From NCBI GenBank assembly GCA_002633005.1, contig NMRA01000465.1, positions 290,440 through 354,439 of the forward strand: a stretch of DNA of 64,000 nt, given 5' to 3'. This DNA comes from Phoronis australis (lineage: Eukaryota > Animalia > Phoronida). The first letter of the stretch is position 1. The number at the start of each line of letters is the position of its first letter. Below the pieces are notes generated by a model, which was not told the origin of the DNA, ran no database searches, and was given only the letters and a program-made list of their open reading frames with translations. Positions 51,723-64,000 of this stretch are shown piece after piece. The position numbers and the translations under genes are program-made.

Positions 51723-53408
51723 GTAAGTTAACTGTTCGTATTGCTTAATTGTTAGTAGCTGCTTTGCTCCCATATCTTATACCTATATTCGGCTTCTACA
51801 GTACAAGGCATTCAACTATTTTGATGAGTGCACTCGTGTTTCAATGATCAAATAGTATAAGGAGCTCAGGTTGCGTGTTCTTGCACGATAAACGGCGCAT
51901 AATTTATGAAAATAAAGCCCATTACACCACATTATCAGCCTGACATGGCCAATACAACCATTAAAGAACCCACTTAGTTATTCAACGCGTGCTGAAATAC
52001 ATTTTGGCGGGAAAACTAAGCCCGATTTCTAAGCCGCTTCGCAAGAGTTTCGAGTCGCCGACTTTACCACTACACCACTCAGCGGCTGACGTCATCGAAC
52101 GTGAAAATAGAATACTTAAATGAGCACGCGCAAAAATCGCATGTTTAGCAAAGGGCATTGCATCGACATTGATACGCTATGAAAAATAAGACGCATAATT
52201 TCTATAAAAACGATATTTTAATTCAGTGAAATTTTTCGCTCGTGTTCTCTCACTAGTATAAATAACCGATCTCCAATTTGAATGCGGGTATCGTGTCGTC
52301 GGGATCCTTTGACTTGAGCATTATAGCCAGTTACTTGGTAACCTACTTTAGCAGACGATATTTTCCCGGTCGAAGCTTAGCGTGATAAAATGTGTAGTAA
52401 GCTATAATAGTTGCTAAACCTTAATTTATAGATTCACTTTATTTTTATTTTGTTTTATTTTTCAATTGGTTTTGAGTAAAAGCATCATTTGACAAAAATA
52501 GCTCGGCTTTTCTTAAATGGTCACGACCTCCGACCCCGGGCCTCTGACATAGAAAGTAGTTACAAAGCCGAGGCGAGTCGAAAAAGGTAGATCGATTCAT
52601 TGCAATGTTTCTCGTTCAGTACATGTATGTGGTATAAATAGGACGCCCCTCGGGCGATTATTCTCCAAAATCCACTCGGGCTCTAGATAACAGGGGGATA
52701 ACGTAATGTAAAATGTATCTATCATTTTCCCCCTCTTGTAAATCATCGATCTCCGGTTTGAATACAGAAAATGTATGAAAGGACTGAGGGTTCATATGAA
52801 GCTGCTCTGTACCTGGCAGGAGATTCGATTTGAGTGACAACCCTGTAACCTCTGACCTCGGTTAAGCAGTTAACAAATATCTGCGAGGTTGTGCAGTTCC
52901 AAGGTGGTTCGGCTAACCTTTTTTCTTGCTACACGGTATATATTTTGTATTTGAAGTTCCCAAGAATGAAGATAAGGTATTTTGCTAGATACATCTGAAA
53001 TATTGTAAACATGGAGAGTTTTTGTAAATGAAGTTTGAGACTTAATCGCTCATCCTTCGAAAATGCTGAGAAGCCTTGTTATTCACAAACTTTCCAAAAA
53101 AATTAAGGACTGTCGTTTCTGTCGTTCTTTTTATCAACTTTTTAAAATTTCAAATGGCGTGGCATCAGTTGCAAAAATGGTCCTTTTATAGATTCCAGAT
53201 TAAAAATGTTAATGACAACAGTTTTGCCATTCCAAAAACCCATTCATCGGCCTTTCTTCTTTCCTCCTTTCAGGGGTTACGATAACACGTGTAAGTCATT
53301 CACATACTATGTGGCCTGCAACAGGCGTTCGGTTCATTCCACTCTCATTTGTTACCTATTTCTACGCATTATACCGTAGGAAATTTCCTGAAACTATGTT
53401 TCTTGAAG

Positions 53409-53605
53409 GTAATCGGGACGAAGCGAAAATTCTCCGAATGGCAATGACCGAATGGGAAGCGTACACGTGCTTCAAATTCAAGCCGAAGACTTCAAGTGAT
53501 AAGTACTTCACTGATATTCGCAGTGGCAAGGGATGCTTGTCTTCATTAGGATTTGTCAAAACGAGCCCTCAATACATTTTCTTGGCCGAAGTTGGTTGTC
53601 GATAT
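53409..53605 (+). CDS. Gene 2 exon: astacin catalytic domain part 1
   Basis: Phase 1-0. Reads GNRDEAKILRMAMTEWEAYTCFKFKP...SGKGCLSSLGFV...IFLAEVGCRY; donor gtaagt. Confidence 0.9.
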
Positions 53606-55592
53606 GTAAGTTTACTAAGGTCACATGGGTTTTAACAATCTGAAGGTCCTGCATTTGAAGGCTATAGGGATAGCCCATTTTAGCAGGAGTGTATCCGTAC
53701 AGATCAATGTACTACCGGCACTGTATATGATTGTCGACATACCGGCCGCTAAGGTCCCTTTTCTCACATAACCGATTCACAGAGCGGTTCACAGTGGTTT
53801 GGTGATCCACTCTAATCGCCTGAGAAACCTGTTAAATAGTTTTGGACAAGGTTTTTCATTGCGGGAGTTTAAGGGGTTGGAAAATCCCTTTTTTCTTTTG
53901 ATGTTGGTGATATCAAATCTAGAATTTTCGTATTATTGACTTGGATCCCCTTTTTAAAAAAATCCCTCATTCGAAACCCCTTTTAAAAAATCCCATATCC
54001 GTCCTTGTTTTTGATGCCTTTTTGTTAATTTCAAAGCAACGAAATGATATATTATGTTTTATTATTTGCAAAACTTTCCTCATTAATTAACTATTCATGT
54101 AGATTTTGCATTTTATGTTGTTCACTAATCATTAAAACTGTGCTGGGCGCTCCTCCTGCAAGGGTCCTACATGATAGCATCAGTTTTCTGGTTTGCTTTT
54201 GTCTTTTACAATATTATCTCCTTTCATTTTCAGGTGCCCCTACTCATGAGATTTGTTACCACTTACTTAGCGTTTTTACTCGATATTTCATTAAGCATTT
54301 TGGTTTCTCGTGCAAGCCACAGGTCGCCTTTTTCGTTTTCGTCCGATGTGAAATACATTCACAAAGTGCAGTTTGTTAGAATCTCGAGGCCTATTATTGT
54401 TGAGTGAAATCGGTGCAAAGGTGTCGTTTTGACGGTCGTTTATCTAAGTTTTCTTTGATGTATTCTTCCGGAATTTGGTACGTAGTATAGATCTTGTGGA
54501 AGGCGGTCAGTGTTGCTACCATCAACCGTTTGTTTTTTACTAATGGTACCTTACATTCGACGTCACTTGATTAATTTGTAGGGTATTTGGTCTGCAAATA
54601 TCGTTAAGGGCTACTAAACGATTACAATAAGTTTGTGGCACCGACTTGCCGTTTTCAAGTTATGGAGATTTACTGACTACTGAATTCCGACGAGGTACGC
54701 TTCTTAGACTTCAGGGTTCAAGAACAACATGGATGCTCTACATTTCTGGTATTCAGACAGGAGTTTCGTACCAGTTGTGTCACTGCTGAGAACATGAATT
54801 ATTGACACAGCAATAGGTTATCAAGATTATAGAAATTGATACATTCACGCCTAGGATTCTGCTCACTATTCTGAAATTCTGGAACTTACAGACATGACCT
54901 GACTCTTGTCTGGGCTACTGATTCTGAAAACGATTGGATCGAATTTGAGTGCAAGAAAATCGTCATTGCTGAAAATTTTTAAGTTTTTGAGGCAAGGTAG
55001 AACTAGTGTAGAACCGTTTTCTTCAAATCGGCGTTTAATTCACACAAAACATGCATCTTGGTAGTGACCAATCCTGGTGATGGGCAAACTACGTGCACGG
55101 AATGTATGTAATCTCTTATGCTGTTCAAGCCTCAATTCAGAAAGAAACTAATATTCATCAGTTCATGTTCAGCATGGCCTACAATGTATAACATTGCCTC
55201 ATCCACCGGGAAAGTGTGAACCACCGTCTTGGCGCGATATGGTTCTTTTTGAAGCTTACATCCAGAAACGCAACATGAAACCACGATTGCAGTACGAAAA
55301 ATTTGTCATTCTAGTCTCGTTGTCAATTTCACTATTTCACTGTTTTTAATTGACCGATCTGTCAACAACGGCACAAGTGGCCTATGGTCGCGAAGATATA
55401 CAAAGGGTCTCAAAATAGGTAAAGTGTTACTTTAACCATCTCAAATCAGAGATTGAAATAGGGAAACTGCTAGTGGTACCCACCCTATTAGATTATTATA
55501 ATGTATATCGCCTACATTTACCGCGAGTACCCTCAGCCTAACTCCATGTGTTTACATATTGATCTCAAGTTCCTTCGTTACTGATTCGTTAG

Positions 55593-55793
55593 CTTGGAAT
55601 TTACCTTCACGAGCTGGGTCACGCAATGGGACTGGCCCATGAGCAAGTGAGATCGGACAGAGACCACTACGTCAGAATTGAAATGAACAACGTTGAACCA
55701 GGCCACAAGCATTACTTTGAAAAAATGGCGGAAGGTGCTTTTCCAAAGGACTTACCGTATGACTACGCGAGTATAATGCATTATTCTAAAACG
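55593..55793 (+). CDS. Gene 2 exon: astacin zinc-binding motif and Met-turn
   Basis: Phase 0-0, 201 nt. Reads LGIYLHELGHAMGLAHEQVRSDRDHYVRI...LPYDYASIMHYSKT (HEXXHXXGXXHE, RXDRD, SXMHY). Confidence 0.96.
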
Positions 55794-56771
55794 GTAAGGC
55801 AAAATCCATAATTGAGGTGACGACGTCACGTCAAGGTTCATTATTGGTTTCTCTACTGACGTCCATCCTCAGACGTCACCAAATACTCACACTGTATCTC
55901 CAAGCCGTCTCCTCAGTCTTGTCCAGTTCCCTCCTCCCGGAAGTCATAACCAACTGCAGCCAATACCCGTTTTCCCTGATCTCAATGGTCGCTGACACGA
56001 TTAGATGCGGACTAATTTCACCGTTTCACATTAGCTGCACAAAATTGTGTTCACGGTGATCTTCAAATTGTGGTTGAGTGATACGAAAAAGCCGATTCAC
56101 ATTCAAAAGTGGCAAAATGCTGGTGCCAAGTCACTAGAATATCTTTATCCCTTCATGATTCGTAAACAAATATAATTTACTTTTGCTTCTACCAAACGAT
56201 ATTGTTTGACGTCATCACAAACCTTTGCTAATCTGGAAACGACATTCGTTGGTCTATGCATTCTAACGGTCATTGTATTATATACCTATTTACTGAAACG
56301 ATCCAATGAATGAACCCATCCCAGCATTACGAGAAGTCATTATTTTTTGGACATTCTGACATGTTCCAAAATGTCGGGAATCTTTTCAAAACATTGTAAA
56401 AAACAATACACCGCATTGAAATTTATGTCATTTAGCGTAACGTTAACTAATCGTGTCTTAAAGGACAGTATTAGTCAGTAACAAACTACTCATAAATAAG
56501 TGTGCTATCTTCATGATGTTCATTATTCCAAGAAATTGAAAATACGTATGTTTCGTTTTAGCTCGATTTGTACTGCTGACATAATATTTTTGTGTGCTGA
56601 CCGGTTCAAAGCTGTTCTGTTGATTTTACTTTTATATTGACTTCCTGGCAATCAATCATGTTGGCCTTATATTGAAGTTAACATCATTTAATCGCCTACA
56701 ATGTTACTGCAGCGTAATAGTCCCTATGTATACATCAACAATTAAAAATTCGCATATGTTTGATAACACAG

Positions 56772-56913
56772 GCCTTTGGGATAGTGGATCCAAACACAAA
56801 TAGGGAACGGCAAACGATCTTTGCGCTTGATCCTAGGAATGATGACTTGATGGGGAGATCGATGTTATCCTTCTCTGACATCAAAGAAATTAACATTCTT
56901 TACAGTTGCAACA
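56772..56913 (+). CDS. Gene 2 exon: astacin C-terminal part
   Basis: Phase 0-1. Reads AFGIVDPNTNRERQTIFALDPRNDDLMGRSMLSFSDIKEINILYSCN; donor A|gtgagt. Confidence 0.9.
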
Positions 56914-57531
56914 GTGAGTATAAGATGTTCACATTCTCATTTCAAGTCTCGAATTCCACAGCATTAATGATCCCGCTTTAGTTCAGATCGCCTATTGCTA
57001 AAATCGTTGTCGTTGCTTTATCGCGGTTGAAGTGCGCAGCGACAGACGGAACGCTATTATAATCGGGCTCTGAAGTTGTCTATATTGCAATGGGCCTAAA
57101 CTGAAGTGTAACTAGGCTTGAGGCGAACATGGCACGCTGACGTGCGAGCCAGCTCATGTACTCTAAACTGTTCAGGTAAATTGACGCAAAACTGGATGAT
57201 AACGAATTTACTGCTTTAAATATCCACTATGATTACGTGTTTTATTTCGTTAGAACACTGCAGTCGGTTACCTCGTTGTACAAATGGCGGATTTGTTGAC
57301 AAGACGTGCCAGTGCCTGTGTCCAGATGGTAATAGAAACTGTCAAGTGGGAGGGCGTCAAGGAAACCGAGTGACAAGTACGTTTCTGTAGGACTACTGTT
57401 CCTGCGGGCATTAAAGTATTGGAGCGCGTTTCGTAAGCGCATCAGATGCATGAAAAGCTTTCGCATAAAGAAAAAACACACGGGTCTGGATTTGATAACA
57501 CGATCGATCGCTTTTGTAGCCAACATGTTAA

Positions 57532-58410
57532 AGAAGAAGGCAACCTTTTTGTCATTTTTAGTAAAAATACGGTTCATTGATTATCCCAGACATATGTTAA
57601 GGATTCCCGTAATTTCCTTAATTAGTCGTGTTTACTCCGGAAGTGACGTTTAAGGGGTCAAAATTTCACGAAAATTTGTTTCTGCGTTTGCGTTTACTGT
57701 GAGGACCCGTTCTACTGTTGTTTTCGTCCGGTTTTCGTAGCTTTGTCGCCACCGAGTTTTCTACACTAAGTTAGGTTGTTAGGAATCTCAATTACGTACG
57801 GATTTATGGATTGTTTAGCTTGTAGTATTATGGCAATGGTTGGAGTCGGCGACCATATCACAGACACTCCTCGGGGGTGGCGACGAAGCACTGCCGGTAA
57901 TCAACAGTGTTGTTTTGCAGGAACCTTCATCAATTCCCTATACATAATTATCTCTTTTGTAACGCGACACACCATTTAATCCCCCGCTACTTTATATGTT
58001 GCGTAGACGAGTTATACTGTGTTCTTCAAACGAACGAGCCAATTACGGCGGATTGTGTCATCTTTCGGAGAGTGATGAAATGGCATACCCAAAGTGCGCG
58101 TTAGATGATAATGAGTAAATCCCGGTACACAGGAACCATGCAGCGTTTTAACTGACTCGTTAACAAAAGTAAACGACGACTGATTTATTACCACCTAGAG
58201 ATTACAACCACTTCCGCGACAGCTCACACAGTCAGACTATGTGAAAACAAAACGGCGAGAAAATCTTAACCTCCTAAACGTCACTTCCGGAGTAAGACAC
58301 GACTAATTAATAAAATCATAGGAAGTCGTTATCAACTGAAAAATACGCCTGGGAGAATCAACAAACCGTAGTTATAGAAAAAATGATATGAAAAAAGGAT
58401 GCTTTATCCT
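57532..58410 (-). mobile_element. Non-autonomous Kolobok-like element with decayed THAP, relative of 31890-32648
   Basis: TTAA|AGAAGAAGGCAACCTTTT at the left, aaaaaaggatgctttatcct|ttga at the right. Shares acgtcacttccggagta and the THAP remnant CVPG...FHHSP.DD..RRNWLVRLKN. Confidence 0.75.
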
Positions 58411-59535
58411 TTGATAGCGCACGGGAGTGGAGTTCTGAGGTCACACGCGAAACACTCGTGGTGTTTTGAGTGTTCTTGCGTGCCCTCGTCAAACTCGGTG
58501 CTTCATGACAGGAGACTCATATGCTCCCACTTTACAATGACGAAAGTCCTATTCAAATAATTGTTAGCATTTCGTTTGCAAGAAATAATGTGCGCAAATT
58601 TTCTCGGGGAGTAGAATTGATGGACATATTCTCAGATGCTTCGTACTTAAACGCAAATGAGTGATAATGATGTTCCGAAATTTGAGTGTGGAATGTAAGC
58701 TAAATAAATGTCTTGAGTTTTAAGCCACTCTTGTGGTGGAACATATCCCTGGCCCATTTATTCCCGTATCCAGGTGAGAAGTGGCTTTCGTGAGGACTTG
58801 AAAAGGCTGACAGTTCGTCATTGCATGAAATCCTACTTGAGGTAGGACATAACCTGTCGGCACTGACAAGCCTATTGTCAAGCAACGTGTTGTAAGTTCT
58901 TCTAAAGCCTAGAAATGACATTTCAAAGCCTGGGTAAGGAAATCGCTGGAAAAAGTCTTGTTTAACACAACGACTTCTCTCTGGTCCTGCGTTTATGCTA
59001 ATGTTGTCTTAACGATTTCATATGGATCGATTACTGGGTACTTAGCCTTCCGACACGATGCAAACATGGGCTAATTCATAAGAATTGGTTGTAGATCATG
59101 CAATCTGTTTACACCAGTTCCCCTAGTTACCTGCCAAAAACGTTTGTAAATTCACCCGTAATCTAACGAGGCAAACGATTTGTGCTAACAAATTTGGATA
59201 TATTGGATGATCAGACTTGTCCTATTCGACAATAGTTCATGCATATTGAACAATCTTATACCACATTCAGATCGTGTGGATTGAGTTTACGACTTCGGAT
59301 CAGTAGAATGTCGATAAGATGTGGCGTGGTATATGATCATTATATCCATTGGTTTGGAAAGGGCTTGAACTATGATCCGCCTCAAACCCAAGGCGCGCTT
59401 CCCACTCTTAAACTGAACACACAATTGAAAATATTGCGTTTAACTCTTCCAATGAATTACATCAGCATATTTCGTAAAAGAATACCTAAACGCGATATAC
59501 ATGTATGATTCTACTGCATTGTCCTCGTTTTACAG

Positions 59536-59688
59536 ATTGTAAAAATAAGCACAGGAATGAGATGGAATGTGAACAATGGGCCAAAGATCTCCAATGCCTC
59601 TTAAACCCGATCTATATGGTAGCAAATTGTATGAAATCATGCAAGAAATGCCACATTAACTACAAAGGTGACAGCGGCCGTGCCAAGG
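59536..59688 (+). CDS. Gene 2 exon: ShKT domain 1
   Basis: Acceptor ctcgttttacag, donor G|gtaagt; 153 nt, phase 1-1. Reads NCKNKHRNEMECEQWAKDLQCLLNPIYMVANCMKSCKKCHINYKGDSGRAK. Confidence 0.92.
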
Positions 59689-60053
59689 GTAAGTAAGCTT
59701 CGTGTGGTCAACTTTGAATTTTCGGTGTCTCGTTCTATTTTGGCAAAGAGCACTTTCTTGTAAAATGTGACTCTTAATCGAGTTAAATCACAAAAACAGC
59801 TAACAGAGCAGCACACCTTCAAGTGTTGTAGCGTATTCTGCCCCTCCACTAATCATGGGAAGCAATAGTTTGTTGTAAACTTGCAACAGACTTGTGAAGT
59901 TTGGCAACGTCGCAGTGCTTAAGCATGTCATTAATATCCAAACGACGATAAATTATAATAGATATAACAATCCAATATTTTCATCACTTGGGACCAGATA
60001 GCTGTGATAAGATCTCTGGGGTGTTTTTAATAAAACGTTTGCATATTTTTCAG

Positions 60054-60188
60054 GCAATTGTAAGAACCCATTAGGAGATGAAGAATGTCGGGACCTAGCC
60101 TATGCCTACTACTGTAATATCAACCCTATCTACATGACAGTTAATTGCCCTCAGGCCTGCGGCTGGTGTGACAGAAAAGTGCTCACAG
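60054..60188 (+). CDS. Gene 2 exon: ShKT domain 2
   Basis: Acceptor catatttttcag, donor G|gttaga; 135 nt, phase 1-1. Reads GNCKNPLGDEECRDLAYAYYCNINPIYMTVNCPQACGWCDRKVLT. Confidence 0.9.
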
Positions 60189-61694
60189 GTTAGACGTTCT
60201 GGTTACTTATGAGCACAATCCTATATTGCAGAACAAATGGCCAACAAAATGGCCCACAAGTGCTCTCATTGACTTACGATCTCTGGTTGGCTGATTGACT
60301 GAAACGAGTCCACTGCTGTACATGTATTTTGCTCGAGCGAGGCCTGTGTTAAATTATTGTGTGAACCATAGGTTGAGCAGAAAATCCAATGTTCCGACAG
60401 GCTCCGTGTTTTGATTGACAATTGGGTCGAAAGACGATGCAATGTCTCGAGTACAATGTCTCGCTTGACGAGACATTGCATTCGTGCGTACAAATGGACT
60501 GTCCAATAGGTTGCTTCGCCCTTACACATCAACTGATCAAAACGACCTCTAGTCAGATCAATCACTCCACTTAAATATGTTCGCTCAAAGCAACAGTAAA
60601 ATGCTAAAATCCACATTGTTTTTTTCTTATAAAAACAGGCTTTATGAGTACGAAACGATGGTATGGGCTCCTCAGTTACAGCATTGCTGACCACCACAAC
60701 CACAATTAAAAAGTTAGACGTAAGATGCACGTGGCGCCGGGACAATACATGCCCCAATAACTTGGAATGCATTTTTTCTGGCAGGCCAGAGAAAGAAAAG
60801 AAAAGAATGACAAAGCGAAATATGTAAAGGAGGGAACATTTACACACTACCAGCGCCGGTGCTAGATTTTCCCTTTGCCAGTCCTGGCTGGGTATTTTTT
60901 AGATAGCCCCACACTTAAAAATGCAGTCTACGACTGCTTCACGACGTTCTCTTAATCATTCACACGTGCTTTCAAAAACTCCGAGAAAAAATGCCCCAGA
61001 TTTCTCAGAAAAAAATGATTCCGAGCGTTAAACTCCAAGAAGACAATGTTGGGGAATACGAAGCTGACTCCATAGGGTCTGTTCTCTGGCAACGGATAAT
61101 AGAGTATTCTGACACTTTCCCCGGTTTTTTGAAAGATTATGAATTTGATAAAAATCCTAGCTCTTAGAGGGGACCAGCTGACGACATCCAAGGCTACCCT
61201 GTTGCTACTTTTTATTTGCAACCTTTTTCTTCAAGGGTTGAAAATATGGAATAGTCTATCATTAATTTGTAAAATTAATGTCCGTGCCATGGCTACAAAT
61301 TCCAAGCCAACTCAGTATTTTCTAGTGAAACTTTACTTCATTTGAACTTTATTATTATTCACACGTGTCACACACTTCTGGGTTTTTTCAAGCAGTGGCG
61401 ATCGCATACCTAACCAGTGTTCAGGGATAGCCATATCTAAACTTTCTTATGAGGTTTGGGTAATATAATAGAGACTGGCCAACCATGCATCATCTTACAT
61501 CAAAATGCAACGAAAACTTGATTTCTTAAAGAGAGAGACATGGGTTATGCGTATAATGAAAAATACCTTAACAGAGCATGATATTTACAAGAATTACAAA
61601 AACATTATTAAGAACTTTTGGCGAATTTCGTTTTGTCAACCACCGTTTGGCAACCACCAGGTAACTATGATACATGACATGACATTTCTACAAT

Positions 61695-62035
61695 GAGGCT
61701 ATTCGACGAATTCTCCTCGCGGTGTCGCTGCTGTACTAGTGGTAATTGAATTGCACATGCGTCGCTGTCTGCTTGTAAACAGCTGGTAAAAAGACGGAAC
61801 TGTTATCAAAGTACGACGTCGCGCTAAGCCTATTATTGCTATTTTCCGGGGTGTAAATCTTCGACAGGTCGTCACAAATTCGCAAAAGACCTAAGGTTAC
61901 TACAGACGTGGATAATTGCCGTCAAAAGGGTCAACCAAGTGATAAAAAGCGTGTAGATACCGAAGCCTCACGGACCGTGTGTGCTCTATTCATTTCCATT
62001 GAGAGACCACATAATCACGTTACTTGGTAAGTTTT
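61695..62035 (+). mobile_element. THAP-bearing DNA transposon 5' end (ISL2EU/Harbinger-like), copy A
   Basis: YYCYFPGCKSSTGRHKFAKDLRLLQTWIIAVKR...VCSIHF; terminus at|gaggctattc. Confidence 0.6.
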
Positions 62036-63579
62036 TAGCAATTAGTTGCTATCAACGTTGTTCTGTGATGTTATTGCCACCATTGCCCTACTGAATAACG
62101 AGTTCATTCAGTGGAACTAAGTGTTTCTTTTCAGAAACTCACCCTGGACCCGGATGGTAACCTATCAGCACATATTGTCCTGGTTGAAAGTGCTTCCAAT
62201 ATAAGAGGTGTATGGGACGTGCCAATCCAGGCCCGTAGGAAGGAAAACATTATTGGGGGGGGGCACAAACCAATTTGACTTCGCCAAGTTACCCCCTTGC
62301 TATCGCCACCCCCGCACCCGTTCTCTGGATGTCACCGTATTTGTTCCGAGCCCCCCCACCATGTCCGCCATAGGTGGGGGTAATACCGGGGATGCAGACA
62401 TCAGGATTTGAGTAACGATGAACCAAAAAAGTTTTACGGAGAGTAAGAATGGGTCTAGGGCCAGCATACTGACGGGTAGATGGAATCTGCCTGAAGTAAC
62501 TATAGCTGGGCTCCAACAGTGTATTCGTACCTATTCCTCTGCTTTGGGTTGAATGTCAAGGTTTATTTCAAGATCCAGTTTCGGGAAAACTTCATTTTAT
62601 TATGGTCAGCCTTTGAAGTAATTTTTCTTGGAGAGGTGAGGTCCCGAGGTGTCTGGTATCAATGCCTTTGTGGCCGTTTCAGAATGCCTAGATGAAACAC
62701 AACCGGTAGTGCAGTTTCTGGTTGCTAGGGGAAATGATACGGAGTGTGTCCCAAAAATGTACACACTTCAACGTCTGGAGTTCAAATTGACCTAACGTGG
62801 GTAGCTGATATTCTACGCAAGCCTACTGCATGGTTACACCTTATTTTAACGTGGGTGTGCCAGTCATTACGTGTTCCGTGCATGTTCGCACCCAGAGAGA
62901 GGAGGGCACGAACGAGCCCCCCATTTGAAAAAGTGACCCCTCCCCAAAAAACGCTGAAATCCTTGTTCGTTATTGAGAGTATTTGAGTACTCTCATACAC
63001 TCCAATAGTAGCCTCGACAGCAGTGTTTTCCACATGTGGGAATTCCTTACAAACAACTCATAGTAACCATTTTCAAAAGAGATACTATTCTTGTGATACT
63101 ATGGGAAACAGTAACATTATTCTATAATTACATCATTTTTGGCCATAGTAACGATTAGAAAACGGGCAATCTCTTAGTCTCATTTCACCACATGGATGTG
63201 ACTCGAATGGTTCTGCTGTACATATACAGATGACGTGTCTTATGAAAAGATGAAACGTTGAGTTAACGAGAACTTTTTTATTTGTGTGGCGATTGTCCAT
63301 TTTCTAATTATTATAAAACTAACCATCTTTTGTGTTATTTACAAATAGCGGTTTTCACGTTGTTCAAAACACAGCAGTTACTCTTCAAAACTATGCTATG
63401 TCCAATAAAATTCTCTAGATGAGAGTGTTTTCATATTTTGTAGCGGGCCCCACCCTGGGACTACCAGATTAGTGACCGAATTAACATGACTGGGCTATTC
63501 AGTAAATTGGTAACATTGCATTGGAATAAATATTGACACCTAGAATAAAATTTATTTGTTGAGACCAGAAACACATTCT

Positions 63580-63720
63580 ATTTATTTATTATTTATTTAT
63601 TTATTATAGTGACATAAGGGTACCAGTAAATACAATATCAAAGACAGATTATTCACCACACCCCCCAGCCTCAATGGGCTTACTCAGTCACCTAATAATA
63701 TTTATATCATTACATAACAA
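63580..63720 (-). mobile_element. LINE 3' tail with (TTTA)n, same family as 48340-48850
   Basis: (ttta)n followed by gcctcaatgggcttactcagtcacc, the reverse complement of the motif near 48760. Confidence 0.6.
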
Positions 63721-63722
63721 AT

Positions 63723-64000
63723 GGGGCTATTCGGAGAATTCTCCTCGCGGTGTCGCTGCTGTACTAGTAGTGATTGAATTGCGCATGCGTGGCTGTCTGC
63801 ATGTAAACAAATGGTAAAAGATGGAATTTTTATCAAAATACGTCGTCGCGCTAAGCCTTATTACTGCTAATTTCCCTGGTGCAAGTCTTCGACAGGTGGC
63901 CACAAATTCCCAAAAGACCTAAGGTTACTATATTCGTGGACAATTGCGGTCAACAGGGTCAACTAACTGACAAAAAGTGTGTGGATGCTGAAGCCCCGTG
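63723..64000 (+). mobile_element. THAP-bearing DNA transposon 5' end, copy B (cut by window edge)
   Basis: Colinear direct copy of about 61695-61970 (gaattctcctcgcggtgtcgctgctgtactagt...caaaagacctaaggttacta). Confidence 0.65.

Noticed and set aside
58600-59020. 2A-like NISINAGP and possible CR1/L2 endonuclease remnant on the minus strand
   Set aside because: The motif deviates from D(V/I)ExNPGP and the flanking homology is too decayed to call.
870-60188. Claim that the ShKT domains are potassium-channel toxins
   Set aside because: No clear ShK-type Lys-Tyr dyad at the equivalent position in most domains, and many ShKT domains are non-toxic, so this is kept only as a hypothesis.
60266-60847. 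193 aa minus-strand ORF
   Set aside because: No domain signature; antisense within an intron of gene 2; likely a chance ORF.

Overview
Animal (invertebrate-like, AT-rich, spliceosomal) genomic DNA, not prokaryotic. There are two + strand multi-exon genes, which I assembled by hand from splice sites and reading frames. Gene 1 has its 5' end upstream of the window. Its nine coding exons at 870-44971 encode about 470 aa with 10 ShKT (ShK toxin-like, six-Cys) domains; every internal exon is phase 1-1 and the last carries the stop. Gene 2 starts at about 48064 and shows no stop codon in the exons found. It is a secreted astacin (M12A) zinc metalloprotease: signal peptide, prodomain, RRFKR furin site, HELGHAMGLAH, SIMHY, then at least two ShKT exons. 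The two look like tandem astacin-poly-ShKT paralogs, but gene 1's protease domain is not visible. Introns are packed with transposons. These include an Academ DNA transposon interrupted by a near full-length LOA/R1-type LINE, itself interrupted by a THAP-bearing Kolobok-like element. There are also L1/Tx1 and CR1/L2 fragments, Penelope GIY-YIG fragments with decayed hammerhead ribozymes, Helentron-type (HINE) elements carrying arrays of CTCF-like motifs, MITEs, microsatellites and one N gap. All family assignments come from recognised motifs; no database search was run.
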